This document shows, in pieces, positions 1 to 10,987 of a DNA stretch of 64,000 nucleotides. Below the pieces are notes generated by a model that saw nothing but the letters and a program-made list of their open reading frames with translations, searched no databases and was not told the DNA's origin. The position numbers were made by a program, and so were the translations under genes. How positions within the stretch are numbered: the stretch's first letter is position 1; each line of letters begins with the position of its first letter. The stretch is from NCBI GenBank assembly GCA_965261595.1, contig CBDHDG010000003.1:64001-128000 (forward strand). Direction: 5' to 3'. This DNA comes from a bacterium (lineage in GTDB: Bacteria; UBA8248; JACPRG01; G963555815).

Positions 1-204
1 CGATCAGTGGATTCGCGCATCCGCCGTTCCGGACGGTGCGCTTCATGCGCCGCGGGCTTTCGGAGCCCTCCGCCCCGGCGCGGGTTTTGTCGCGCGGCCC
101 GCTGATTGAGATCGAATTCTTTGCAACGAGAGGATGAACAGGGGCCGGCCGGGTCGGTGTCCGACTCGGCCGGAGCCAGCTTCCTCGCACCCGTGAGAAA
201 CCCG

Positions 205-1458
205 ATGAAACCGAAACGAATCAAGTCCGGCGCTCCGCAGCCGCTCGCCAACTACACCGAAGCGTCCCGCATCGGAGATTTTGTGTTCGCCGCCGGACAA
301 TTGGCCAGCGATTTCAAGACCGGCATCGCGCCCGGAGCAAAGGTGGATCCCGCGTTTCCCTATTACGGGTCCGACATCAAGCGCCAGACCGACTTCATCC
401 TGAAGAACCTGGCCAAGACCTTCAAGGCGGCGGGGACGTCATTGGACAACGTGGTCAAGGCGCAGGTCTTCATGATGGACCTCAAGGATTTCAACGCCTT
501 CGACGAGGTGTGGAAACAGCACTTCAAGACGCCGCCTCCCCGGACGACCGTCGGGACGACGGGTCTTCTGGTCAAGGACACCCTGGTCGAGATCGACCTC
601 ATCGCATATGTCCCCAAGAGGGGGTTGAAAGCGGAGGCCATCCAGTCGGCCGCTCCGCGGCCCCTGGCCCATTACACCGAGGCCGTCCGGGTGGGAGATT
701 TGGTCTTCGCGGCCGGGCAGCTCGCCAGTGACTTCAAGAACGGAATCGCGCCCGAAGCAAAGGTGGATCCCGCGTTTCCCTATTACGGGTCCGACATCAA
801 GCGTCAGACCGACTACATCCTGAAAAACCTGGCCAAGACCTTCAAGGCGGCGGGGACGTCATTGGACAACGTGGTCAAAGCGCAGGTCTTCATGATGGAT
901 CTCAAGGATTTCAACGCGTTCGATGAAGTCTGGAAACAGCACTTCAAGACGCCGCCTCCCCGGACGACCGTCGGGACGACGGGTCTTCTGGTCAAGGACA
1001 CCCTGGTCGAGATCGACCTGATTGCTCATGTTCCCAAGAAGGGGGTGAAAGCGAAGGCTGTCCAGTCGGGCGCTCCGCGGCCCCTGGCCCATTACACCGA
1101 GGCTGTCCGGGTGGGGGATTTGGTCTTCGCGGCCGGGCAGCTCGCCAGCGATTTCAAGACCGGAATCGCGCCCGAAGCGAAGGTGGATCCCGCCTTTCCC
1201 TACTACGGGTCCGACATCAAGCGTCAGGCCGAATTCATCCTGAAAAACCTGAAGAAGACCTTCGAGGCCGCCGGCGGCTCCCTGGACAACGTGGTCAAGG
1301 CGCAGGTCTTCATGATGGATCTCAAGGATTTCAACGCGTTCGATGAGGTGTGGAAACAGCACTTCAAGACGCCGCCTCCCCGGACGACCGTCGGGACGAC
1401 GGGTCTTCTGGTCAAGGACACCCTGGTCGAGATCGACCTGATCGGGGCCGTGAAATAG
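205..1458 (+). CDS. Rid/YjgF/UK114-family protein with three tandem RidA domains
   Basis: Three ~140-aa units, each with Y-TEA..GD.VF.AGQ, VVKAQVF, F..FDEVW...F..PPPRTTV and VEIDLI. ATG at 205 chosen over the ORF-track start at 106. Confidence 0.92.
   Translation: MKPKRIKSGAPQPLANYTEASRIGDFVFAAGQLASDFKTGIAPGAKVDPAFPYYGSDIKRQTDFILKNLAKTFKAAGTSLDNVVKAQVFMMDLKDFNAFDEVWKQHFKTPPPRTTVGTTGLLVKDTLVEIDLIAYVPKRGLKAEAIQSAAPRPLAHYTEAVRVGDLVFAAGQLASDFKNGIAPEAKVDPAFPYYGSDIKRQTDYILKNLAKTFKAAGTSLDNVVKAQVFMMDLKDFNAFDEVWKQHFKTPPPRTTVGTTGLLVKDTLVEIDLIAHVPKKGVKAKAVQSGAPRPLAHYTEAVRVGDLVFAAGQLASDFKTGIAPEAKVDPAFPYYGSDIKRQAEFILKNLKKTFEAAGGSLDNVVKAQVFMMDLKDFNAFDEVWKQHFKTPPPRTTVGTTGLLVKDTLVEIDLIGAVK
226..1446 (+). 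repeat. Intragenic tandem repeat, period 420 bp, about three copies
   Basis: cgctccgc recurs at 231, 651 and 1071; a 59-bp block is identical at 541, 961 and 1381. Confidence 0.97.
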
Positions 1459-2144
1459 AAAATCCGGCCCTCCCCCCCCTCCCCCTGATTTTTTTTCGGA
1501 CGGGACGGGTGCACCGGCATGTTCCGTGCGAACCGGAAAGAAAGCTCGAGATTCGATAGCGAAACCGATGGGTCGCCGCGTTTTGTATGCCCTTCGCCGG
1601 CCGGGGGGGGGAGGGGGAGGCGAGAAGCTTCGGGCGCGTCCGGCGCGCTGGCTGAGAAGGACCAAAACGTTCCGACGCCGGAGTTCACGGGCGTTTCCCG
1701 GATCCCTCTATGCCGTCGAAGGCGGCGCGAGACCCGCGTCGATCCGGGCCCCTTCTCCCGGCCCTCTCTCTCTCCCCCTCCCCCCGCCGGGCGTCTCGCT
1801 TTATCCATGGATCGGATTCCGGAGGATTTGACATCCATGAGCCGGAAGGCCATATAGGCCGAAAGAATTCTCGCGATCGCGCAGCCTCCTTCCCGGTCAA
1901 CTGAAGTGCCTCATTCTAAGACCATTCCCGGAAAACCTGTCTTATCCAGATTTCGCGTGGAAGTGGCATGAATCGCGCACGTTCATCCATCTGATACGAG
2001 CGACGCCCGACATCATCCTCCTTCATGGCGCGGCGGCCCCGGGAGCGGCCGCCTTGAAGGGTGGACGCAACGGATTTCGCTGGAATCATTGAGGACGCCC
2101 CGCGTCCTGATCGCCGCGGCGGCGGCCCGGCTCCGAGGCTTTTC

Positions 2145-3932
2145 ATGGAAATTCGGAACATCGCGATTATCGCCCATGTCGACCACGGCAAGACCACGCT
2201 CACCGATGTCTTGATGCGTCAGACGGGGATGATCGAAGAAGGTGTCTCGATGGACTCCAACGCGCTCGAGGTTGAGCGCGGCATTACGATTTATTCGAAA
2301 AACGCGGCCATCCTTTATCGGGACGCCAAGATCAATATTCTCGATACGCCGGGCCATGCGGATTTCGGCTCGGAAGTGGAGCGGGTTTTGCGCTCCATTG
2401 ACTCGGTCCTCTTGGTGGTGGACGCCCAGGAGGGTCCGATGCCGCAGACCCGCTTTGTGCTTAAAAAATCCCTTGAGATCGGCCTGCGGCCCATCGTCGT
2501 TATCAACAAGATCGACAAACCGGCCGCCGATCCCGCGCTCGCCGAGGAGCAGGTTCTGGATCTCTTTCTGGAGCTTGGGGCGGACGACGAGCAAGCGGAC
2601 TTTCCCATCGTGTACACGAACGCGTGTCTGGGCGTCGCGAAGCGGAAACTGACCGACGAGTCGAAAGATCTCACGCCGCTTTTGGAAACCATCCTTGCGC
2701 ATGTGGCGCCCGCTTCCGGGGCGCCCTCCGAAGTTCCCTTGCGCCTACAGCCGTTCAACCTGGACTATGACAACTACCTGGGACGGCTCGCGGTGGGGCG
2801 CATTTACGAAGGCGTTTGCCGGTCGGGCCAGAAGGTTTGGGTCAAAAAGCCGAACGGCGAGACCCGCTCGGGCAAGATCAACAAACTCTTCACCTTCAAG
2901 GGATTGGGGAAGGTCGAGGCCGAGAGCGCGGGCGCGGGCGACATTGTCATGGTCGCCGGGCTGGCGGATATCGACATCGGCGAGACCATCACCACGAACG
3001 CTGAAGCGGCGCCTTTAGAGGCGATTGCGGTTGATGAGCCGACGATTGTTCTCAACTTTCTGGTGAATAACTCTCCTTTGGTCGGGCGGGAGGGAAAGTA
3101 TGTTACGTCGCGTCAGTTGCGCGAGCGCCTGGAGCGCGAGGTTGAGGTGAACGTAGGGTTGCGCGTGGAGTTTGACTCGGCGGACAGGTTCAAGGTTTCC
3201 GGCCGCGGCGAGCTCCACATCGCCATCCTGCTCGAAAACATGCGCCGCGAGGGACATGAGCTACAGGTTTCCCAGCCGCGGGTGATCCTGCGCGAAGAAG
3301 ACGGCGTGAAACTCGAGCCGTTTGAAGAGGTGATTGTGGATATACCGACCGCGCACCAGGGCGTGGTGATCGAGCGCCTCGGCATGCGCGGATTCACCTT
3401 GCAGAACATGCGGTTGGACGACCCGACGATACACCTGTCCTTTGAAGGTCCGACGCGCGGCCTGCTGGGGTACCGGAACCAGTTCGTGGTGGATACGAGA
3501 GGGTTGGGCATCCTCTCCGCGCGCGTGATCGGCTATCGGCCCTATGCCGGAGAAATTCGCAAACGCACCGTCGGTTCGATGGTCTCCATGGCGACCGGAA
3601 AAACCCTCGCCTACGCCCTGTGGAATTTGCAGGAGCGGGGTGTTCTGTACATCGGTCCGAACACCGAGGCGTACGAGGGCATGGTGATCGGCAGCACCGC
3701 GAAAGACGAGGAAATGGTGGTGAACCCGACCAAAGGCAAGCAGCTCACCAACATCCGCGCCTCCGGGTCGGACGACGCAATCGATCTCGTGCCCCCCTAT
3801 GAGCTCACCATCGAGCGCGGGCTCGAGGTCATGGCCGAAGACGAATACCTGGAAATCACGCCCGAGAGCGTTCGTTTGCGAAAGCAGCATCTGACGGGAT
3901 CGGAACGGGCCAAATTCCGACGACAGAAGTAG
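2145..3932 (+). CDS. typA: Translational GTPase TypA/BipA
   Basis: [41 protein letters not shown] and C-terminal [11 protein letters not shown]. Confidence 0.97.
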   Translation: MEIRNIAIIAHVDHGKTTLTDVLMRQTGMIEEGVSMDSNALEVERGITIYSKNAAILYRDAKINILDTPGHADFGSEVERVLRSIDSVLLVVDAQEGPMPQTRFVLKKSLEIGLRPIVVINKIDKPAADPALAEEQVLDLFLELGADDEQADFPIVYTNACLGVAKRKLTDESKDLTPLLETILAHVAPASGAPSEVPLRLQPFNLDYDNYLGRLAVGRIYEGVCRSGQKVWVKKPNGETRSGKINKLFTFKGLGKVEAESAGAGDIVMVAGLADIDIGETITTNAEAAPLEAIAVDEPTIVLNFLVNNSPLVGREGKYVTSRQLRERLEREVEVNVGLRVEFDSADRFKVSGRGELHIAILLENMRREGHELQVSQPRVILREEDGVKLEPFEEVIVDIPTAHQGVVIERLGMRGFTLQNMRLDDPTIHLSFEGPTRGLLGYRNQFVVDTRGLGILSARVIGYRPYAGEIRKRTVGSMVSMATGKTLAYALWNLQERGVLYIGPNTEAYEGMVIGSTAKDEEMVVNPTKGKQLTNIRASGSDDAIDLVPPYELTIERGLEVMAEDEYLEITPESVRLRKQHLTGSERAKFRRQK

Positions 3933-4266
3933 GCGTTAGCCCGCAAGGGTTCGCGTCACAATGCTCGACCGGGTTCGACAGAATTTCATTGGCGATCCTC
4001 CGTCTTTCAAATAACGCGGATTTAAGCAACCAAGCGCCAGGCGGACACCGCGAGCGGGTGGGTTGACCCCGTTCGAGATGACCGCCCTGACAGAGATTCG
4101 CGTCAACGAACTGTTACGCCGGTTGAAACAAGGTATGATGTCAGCCCCTCTCGGTGAGGTTTCAGAGGGCGGGCTTTGATTTTCATCACCGCGATTCCGG
4201 GTTTTCGAAAATCGGGGCTTCTCCCCCTCCGCGGCGAAGACGGAACGATAAAGCCTTTGGCCGGAC

Positions 4267-7200
4267 ATGCCTAGCGAACGCATCCAACGACAGATTGACC
4301 GGTTTCTCGACCAGATTGAAACGGCCGTCGAGGAGCGGGATTGGGAGCGGGTCCGCGAGCTTTCGGATGACGTGCTCAGGCTCGACCCGGACAACGAGGA
4401 CGCCCAATCATTTCTTGCGGCGGCCGGGCGCGATCTGCCAAGGACCGTGGGGCGCGACGGCCCCTCCGAGGCGACTCCCCCCGATTCGGAAGCCGCCGGG
4501 GGAAGATCCGAGGCCGAGCGTCGCCAGTTGACCGTGATGTTCTGTGACGTGGTCGGCTCGACGGCGCTCTCCGAAACGCTCGATCCCGAAGATCTGCGAG
4601 AGGTCGTCGGCGCCTACCGCGAGACGTGCTCGGCGGCCGTCGGCCGCTTCGACGGCAATATCGCCAAGACGATCGGCGATGGGCTGTTGGTCTATTTCGG
4701 TTATCCCCGGGCCCACGAGGACGACGCGCACCGGGCGGTGTACGCGGGCCTCAGCATCGTGGAGGGCGTGGAACGGCTCAACCAGCGCCTCGGCAAGGAA
4801 TACGGCGTGGAGATCGGGGTTCGGGTCGGGGTTCACACGGGCCTGGTCGTCGTCGGGGAGATGAGCGGCGGCGGGGTGCGCGAGGCGGACAGCATCGTCG
4901 GCGAGACGCCCAACATCGCCGCGCGGCTGCAAGAGTTGGCCGAGCCCGGTTCGGTCGTCCTCAGCGAGGGGGCCCAGCGGCTGTTGGAGGGCCGGTTTGT
5001 CTGGGATGACCTCGGCCCAAAACACCTTAAAGGCATTACCGATCCGGTGTCGGTTTATCGGGTGCGGGGGGAAAGCGCCGCGCCCGGCCGGTTTGAAGCG
5101 AGAGCGGAGCGCGGGTTGATTCCCATGGTGGGCCGCGAGGAGGAAATCGGCCTGCTCATGAAACGCTGGGACCAAGCAAAAGATGGCGAGGGGCAGGTGG
5201 TGTTGCTCTCCGGGGAGGCCGGGGTGGGCAAGTCCCGCATCTTGCGGGAAGTCAGCGCGCGCCTGGAAGACGACCCGCACCACAGGGATTTGGCCTTCTG
5301 TTCCCCTTATCACCGGAACACCGCTCTGTATCCGGTGATCGGCCGACTCGAGCGGGACCTGGACATCGAAAAAGAGGATGACCCGGACCAAAGACTGGAC
5401 ACGTTGGAGGCGGCCTTGCGCGGCCTCGACCTGCCCGTCGCCGAGGTGGCGCCCGTCCTCGCCCCCCTTCTCTCTCCTACGGCCGGAGAGCGCTATCCTC
5501 CGCCCGACTTGAGTCCCGAGCAGTTGAAGGAGCGGACCCTGGAGGCGCTGCTCGGCATGGTCAAGGCGAAGGCGGCGCGGGAGCCGGTCCTGATGCTGGT
5601 CGAGGACGCACAGTGGATGGATCCCTCGACGCTCGAGTTCCTGGGCCTGTTGTTCGAGCGGCTGCGCTCGGATCGCGTTCTCCTGGTGGTCTCCCATCGG
5701 CCTGAATTCGAGCCGCCCCGCGCCGGCCAGGCGAATATCACCGCCCTCACCCTCAACCACTTGAGCCGCAGGGAGAGCGCCGCCATGGTCGCCGCGGTGA
5801 CGGGGGGCAAGGCCTTGCCAGAGGAGGTGTTGGGACGGATCCTCGCGGACGCCAACGGCGTCCCCTTGTTTATCGAGGAAATGACCAAGACGGTCCTAGA
5901 GTCCGGCCTGCTCGTGGAAGCCGGCGATCGCTACACCCTCTCGGGAGGGCCGTCGGCGCTGTCGATCCCCGCTTCCCTGCAGGATTCGCTCATGGCGCGC
6001 TTGGACCGTCTGGAGGCGGAAAAAGCCGTTGTTCAACTTGTGCGGCGGCGCTCGGCGAGAAGTTCAGCTTCGGACTGCTGGCCGCTGTGTCTCCCTTGGG
6101 GGATGACGAGCTGCACCAGGCCCTGTCCAAGCTCATCGAGGCGGGTTTGCTCTACCGCGACGGCGCGCCGCCCGATGTGAGCTACGGGTTCAAACAGACG
6201 CTGATACGGGACGCAACCTATCAGTATCTTCTCAAAAACAGCCGGCGGCAATACCACGCCGAGATTGCCAAGGCTTTGGAGACGCGCTTTCCGGACACCG
6301 CCGAGAGCGAGCCGGAATTGCTGGCCCATCACTACACCGAGGCGGGTCTGCCGAAGCAAGCGGTCCGGTATTGGGGGAAGGCGGGGGTGCGGGCGTTGGC
6401 CACGTACGGCCATGAAGAGGCGCTGGGTCATTTTCAGCGGGGGCTCGCGGCCAAGGAGGGCCGGCCGATGGATGCCGAGACGGCGGCGCTCGAATTCGCC
6501 CTGGGCCGCGCCCAGGCCGCCACGCTCGAGCGGCATGAGATGGGAAAGGCCGTGGACAGCCTGCGCCGCGCCTTCGATTACTACGCCGATGTCGGCGACG
6601 TGGTGCGCGCCATCGTCGTCGCGGAGTATCCCCTTCCCAACTGTATGAGGCCGGTACGGGCGCGGCTCAGCTCATCGCGCGCGCCCTCACGCTTGTTCCG
6701 CCAGATTCCCGCGAGGCGGGACGCCTCCTGTCCCGCTATGGCATGGTGATGGGGATAGAGGAAGGCGACTACCAGGGCGCCCGGGACGCCTTCGGCCGGG
6801 CCCTGGACATCGCGAAACGGGAGGATGACGAGGTCCTCGAAATGGAAACGCTCGTCGGCGTCACCTCCGTGGACTTCGCCCATCTCCGATTTCGGGAAGC
6901 CGTGGACCAGAGCCCGAGGGCCATCGAGCTGGCCTTGCGCGCCGGCGACATCGAGGCCGAGCTGAGCGCGCGGCATGCCGCCGCGAGCAGTCTGAGAGAG
7001 ATGGGCGACCTCGAGGGAATGCGGCTGCACGCGGCGGCGCTGCTGGCGCCAGCGGAGAGGCTGCGTCACCACTACTGGATGGCCGGCGCGTTTTGGATCA
7101 ACGAGAACTTGTTTCGGCTCAACGGGGATTGGGGGGCCGCCCGCGACTTCAGCGAACGCGGCCTGGCGTGGGCGGCCAAGGACTTCCGCCTTCTCGCGAC

Positions 7201-7831
7201 CCGGGCGCTGCTGGAGTGCGAGACAGGCGACTTCGAGGAGGGCCAAGCCTACCTGGAGCGGTTTCTGGAGGCGGCAAGCCTGACCCCGCCCGGACCGACT
7301 CCGGAACATGCGTACATCGCGATTGTGATCCCCATGCTCTCCCGCGTCACCGGCGTCATCGACCGGTTCGACGTGAGCCGGTCGGCTGCCGAAACCGTTC
7401 TCTCATCCCCGTCGGCCACCCCGCGCACGGTGGGGATCGCCCGGGCCGGTGTGGCGTTGATGGCCGTTCAGCGGGGCGACGGCGACGCGGCCGGGGCGCA
7501 GTATTCCGCCCTGGCGCCAGCCAAAGGCGCGCTGGCCGCGCCCGGGGTAAGCACGGACCGGCTGCTGGGGCTTCTGGCGCTGGCGATGGACAACCCGGAC
7601 GACGCTTTTGCTCACTTCGAGGACGCGCTTGCCTTCTGCCGCCGCGGCCACCGGCCCGAGTACGCCTGGAGCGCCTTCGACGCGGCCGACGCCCGGCTTC
7701 AGCGTAACGGCCCCGGCGACCGGACGAAGGCGATGTCCCTTCTGGATGAGGCGCGTTCCATCTCCCGGGAGCTGGGCATGCGGCCCCTCATCGAGCGGGT
7801 CGAGTCCCGTCGGGGCGCGTCGAAGGCGTAA
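4267..7831 (+). pseudogene. Class III adenylate/guanylate cyclase-AAA/STAND ATPase-TPR protein split by two frameshifts (~6040 and ~6640)
   Basis: ERRQLTVMFCDVVGST and GDG (cyclase); GEAGVGKS and VEDAQW (Walker A/B). Protein-like sequence continues across frames (VQL|AAALGEKFS; EYPL|..GAAQLIARAL). Sequencing error is possible. Confidence 0.8.
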
Positions 7832-8182
7832 AGCTCCCTCTCCGGCCGTTGGTTGCCGTCTCCCCCCCCCCCTCATTTGCGCAGGCCGCGTCGCCCCGGA
7901 AGCGTTCGGCATTTCTCCCTTTTTTTTCTTCCCTTCAGTCGGTTTTGTCCGCACCCGGCCGCCCATCGGGGCCATCGGACGGCTTTCCAATGCGCCATCG
8001 GCGTCCCGCGCGGAAGATTTTTCTTTAAGTTTCGACCGCCCTCTACCGATGAATGAATACAGATAAAAGCGCACCCCCGCGAGAGGACCCGTGGGGAATA
8101 TTCACGTCCAGCCGGAGCATGGACCCGATGAGGGAGTCCTTTGGGAGTTGTGGGTTGGCGAAAGACGGAGGAAAACCCGAAA

Positions 8183-8566
8183 ATGAATCAAGGCGAAGAT
8201 TTTCGAGAGAACGAAAACAATCGGAGGCGCAGGGTCCGACTTCCCGTCCACCTCCCTTGTCGGCTTGAAAACGAAGAATGTGAAATTCGGGACATTTCTT
8301 ATGCCGGACTTCGCTTCCAAAGTAAGACGCTTCTCGAGCCTGAAACGTCCAAAGCGCTCATCCTGCCGATCACCCGCCGAAACGGCGAGAAGAAGGACTT
8401 GGAGATCGAAGTCATCATCCGCTGGTGCAAGGAATCGCCGAACGGCGGATACGAAGTGGGCGCTGAGGTTTCCGCCATCTCACAAGAGGACGAAGCCGAG
8501 TTCATCGCTTTTCTTTTTCAAAAATCAGCAAGCGCCTTCGAGAACAAACAAGGAGAAATTATCGAG
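8183..8566 (+). pseudogene. PilZ domain; 5' part of an IS-interrupted PilZ-PAS-histidine kinase gene
   Basis: RRRVR (RxxxR) and DISYAG (DxSxxG) motifs; GGAGG upstream; the TGA stop is the first three bases of the IS. Confidence 0.85.
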
Positions 8567-8577
8567 TGACCCGCCCC

Positions 8578-9447
8578 CTAAAGTTGTACCACTTTTTGAG
8601 TTAGTCTCTTCTCCCCGATGGCCGAAAGTGTAGGGATGCCCGGAGGCATTGGTTCGATGGCCTCCGGCGCCGGGGGCCGGTAGCCCAAGGCACTATGGGG
8701 CCTTACCCGGTTGTAGAGTTGTCGCCATCTCTCCACCAACACCTTGGCCTCTGTCAGGGTGTAGAAGATCTCCCCGTTGAGCAGCTCATCGCGCAGCTTG
8801 CCGATGAAGGACTCCACATAGCCGTTCTCCCAGGGACTGCCCCGCTCGATGTAAAGCGTTCTCACCCCAAGACGGGTGAGCCACCCTCTCACCGCATTCG
8901 CCGTGAACTCCGCCCCGTTGTCCGAGCGGATATAAGCCGGCAGGCCACGCCGGACGAACAACTCGGTGAGGCGGTCCAGGACGTCCTCGGAGTTGAGTCT
9001 TCTCTCTACATCAAGGGCCAAGCGCTCCCGGGTCAACTCATCCATCACAGCCAGCATCCGTAAAGGCCGCCCATCGTGCGTCCTCGCGGCCAGGAAGTCG
9101 TAGGACCACACATGATTCCGATAAGACGGACGCTTGCGAACACAAGAGCCGTCGTTCAGCCATAAACGCCCTCGCTTGGGCTGTCTCTTCGGCGCCTTCA
9201 GGCCTTCCTGGCGCCAGATCCGCTCCACCCCCTTGTGATTCACTCGCCAGCCTTCTCTTTCCAACAGAGCCGTTATCCTCCGGTAGCCGTACCGTCCGTA
9301 CTCGCTCGCCAGCTCTGTCACCCGCGCCACCAAACGGGCCTCATCGTCAGGGACCTGGGCAGAGCGCCGCTGAGTCGAGCGGGCCTGACCCAGCACCCGG
9401 CAGGCGCGACGTTCGGACACGCTCAGCTTCTCCCGCACATGCTCCAT
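8578..9447 (-). CDS. IS3 transposase OrfB (DDE), reached by -1 frameshift
   Basis: WSYDF, IRSDNGAEF, PWENGYVESF..KLRDE; G-GGA-AAC slippery site at the end of orfA. Confidence 0.95.
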   Translation of the reverse strand: MEHVREKLSVSERRACRVLGQARSTQRRSAQVPDDEARLVARVTELASEYGRYGYRRITALLEREGWRVNHKGVERIWRQEGLKAPKRQPKRGRLWLNDGSCVRKRPSYRNHVWSYDFLAARTHDGRPLRMLAVMDELTRERLALDVERRLNSEDVLDRLTELFVRRGLPAYIRSDNGAEFTANAVRGWLTRLGVRTLYIERGSPWENGYVESFIGKLRDELLNGEIFYTLTEAKVLVERWRQLYNRVRPHSALGYRPPAPEAIEPMPPGIPTLSAIGEKRLTQKVVQL

Positions 9448-9470
9448 CGCCCGCCGCCGCGCAGGCGGGC

Positions 9471-9749
9471 TCAGAAGTTTCCCTGGGAGGCCTCCTTCAA
9501 GATGGCGTTATCCAGGGCCTGCTCGGCCACCAGCTTCTTTAGCCGGGCGTTTTCCTGCTCCAGTGTCTTCAGTCGTTTCGCCTGGTCCAGGCGCAGGCCT
9601 CCGTACTCCCGCCGCCACCGGTAATAGGTCTGCTCGGAGATCCCCAGCGTCTTGCAGACCTGAGCCATCCTCTGCCCATTGGCCAACTCCACCTCGGCCT
9701 GACGAAGCTTGTGGATGATCTGCTCCGCGGTGAATCGCTTCCGACTCAT
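9471..9749 (-). CDS. IS3 transposase OrfA (HTH)
   Basis: MSRKRFTAEQII..L, GISEQTYYRWRREYGG, LE.EN.RLKKLVA. Confidence 0.95.
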   Translation of the reverse strand: MSRKRFTAEQIIHKLRQAEVELANGQRMAQVCKTLGISEQTYYRWRREYGGLRLDQAKRLKTLEQENARLKKLVAEQALDNAILKEASQGNF

Positions 9750-9840
9750 CACTGCCCCCTTTCTAGGCCAATCCAGTCCCGAAAGCCGTGCGAAAATCCT
9801 AACTCTCAAACCGGACCGGTTTCAGGGGGCAGGTCACGAG

Positions 9841-10947
9841 ATCGAAGACTACCGATCGCTGGTGGAAATGGCCGCGGACCCGATTTTGGTGTTGTACGGG
9901 GGAGAGATCAATTTCGCAAACCAAGCGGCCACGGAAATGTTTGGCTACACCTCGGAAGAGCTGAAGGGGTTCAAATTCGACAGCCTCATCCTGTCGGAGC
10001 CGGACGCAACCGTCCCCTCTCCCCATTCACCGTCGCCTTCGGGAGATTCATCCGATCCCAATTACTACATCCTTCGGAATTCCACGGGGAAATCCGTTCA
10101 TGTTGAGATCCGCTCCAGACCCATCCTCTACCGGCACCGGGTCGCCACCCTGAGCATCCTTCGTGATCTGACCGAGCGTAAACAGATCGAACAAAAGCTT
10201 CTTCAGGTCGAGCGGCTGAAGGTTCTCGGCGAGCTTGCCGCCGGTATCGCCCACGATGTGAACAACTCTTTGTTGCTCATTCTGGGATCGGTTGAACATA
10301 TCGAGGGTGAGACGGATATCAATGTTATCGCCGAGGCCCTTCGGACGATTAAGACCGCGACCCTGGACGGCGCCGCGACGATCCAACGGATTCAGGACCT
10401 TGGCCGGCTGAAGGATGAGGCCGATTTCGTCCTTCTCGATCTCAACGAGATCGTTTCGGACGCTAAAAACATCACACGCCCAAAATGGGAAGAAGAGCCC
10501 AAAGGCCGTGTTTTGTCGATCGAGGTCTCAAAGAACCTTGCCGAAGAAGCGGTGATTCAGGGAAATGCCTCGGACCTGCGTCAGGCCTTGGTCAACCTGA
10601 TCATCAACGCCGTCGACGCCATGCCCCAAGGCGGTGAAATTGAGCTTCGGACGGAAGTGAAGGGGGAGACTGTGTCCCTCTTCGTCCAGGATAGCGGGAT
10701 GGGCGTCCCCCCCGAGATCAAAGAGAAGATATTCGATCCCTTTTTCTCCACGAAGGGCGAGCGGGGCTCCGGACTCGGCCTCAGCACGGTTTTTGGGATC
10801 ATGACGAAGCACAGGGGCTCAGTGACGCTGGAATCGGACGAAGGGCGGGGGACGGTCGTTCATTTGGAATTTCCCCTTGCCCGCGAAGCCAAACCGCCGA
10901 AGTTGAAAGATCAGTCATTGAAACAAATTGCCGGCTCGCCGGAATGA
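9841..10947 (+). pseudogene. PAS-HisKA-HATPase sensor kinase; 3' part of the IS-interrupted gene
   Basis: PAS (ANQAATEMFGY), H-box GIAHDVNN, N-box NLIINAVDAM, DSGMG, FDPFFSTK, GSGLGL. Confidence 0.88.
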
Positions 10948-10987
10948 CGGCGGCGTTCACCCCGCAAACCCGAAATCGCGCATTTCA

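Larger units (their letters stand above)
8567..9836 (-). mobile_element. IS3-family insertion sequence (IS407-like), copy 1, 1270 bp
   Basis: Terminal IRs TGACCCGCCCCCTAAA / TGACCTGCCCCCTGAAA; 4-bp direct repeat CGAG at 8563-8566 and 9837-9840; orfA plus orfB. Confidence 0.96.

Noticed and set aside
1460..1800. C-rich and G-rich tracts that could pair or form a quadruplex
   Set aside because: Low-complexity matches in a GC-rich genome; no defined structure or recognisable RNA family.
9709..9840. ORF-track N-terminus (MWMICSAV...) on the kinase, and the same at 61308 on the peptidase
   Set aside because: It is the antisense strand of the IS end, open by chance, not a real protein start.
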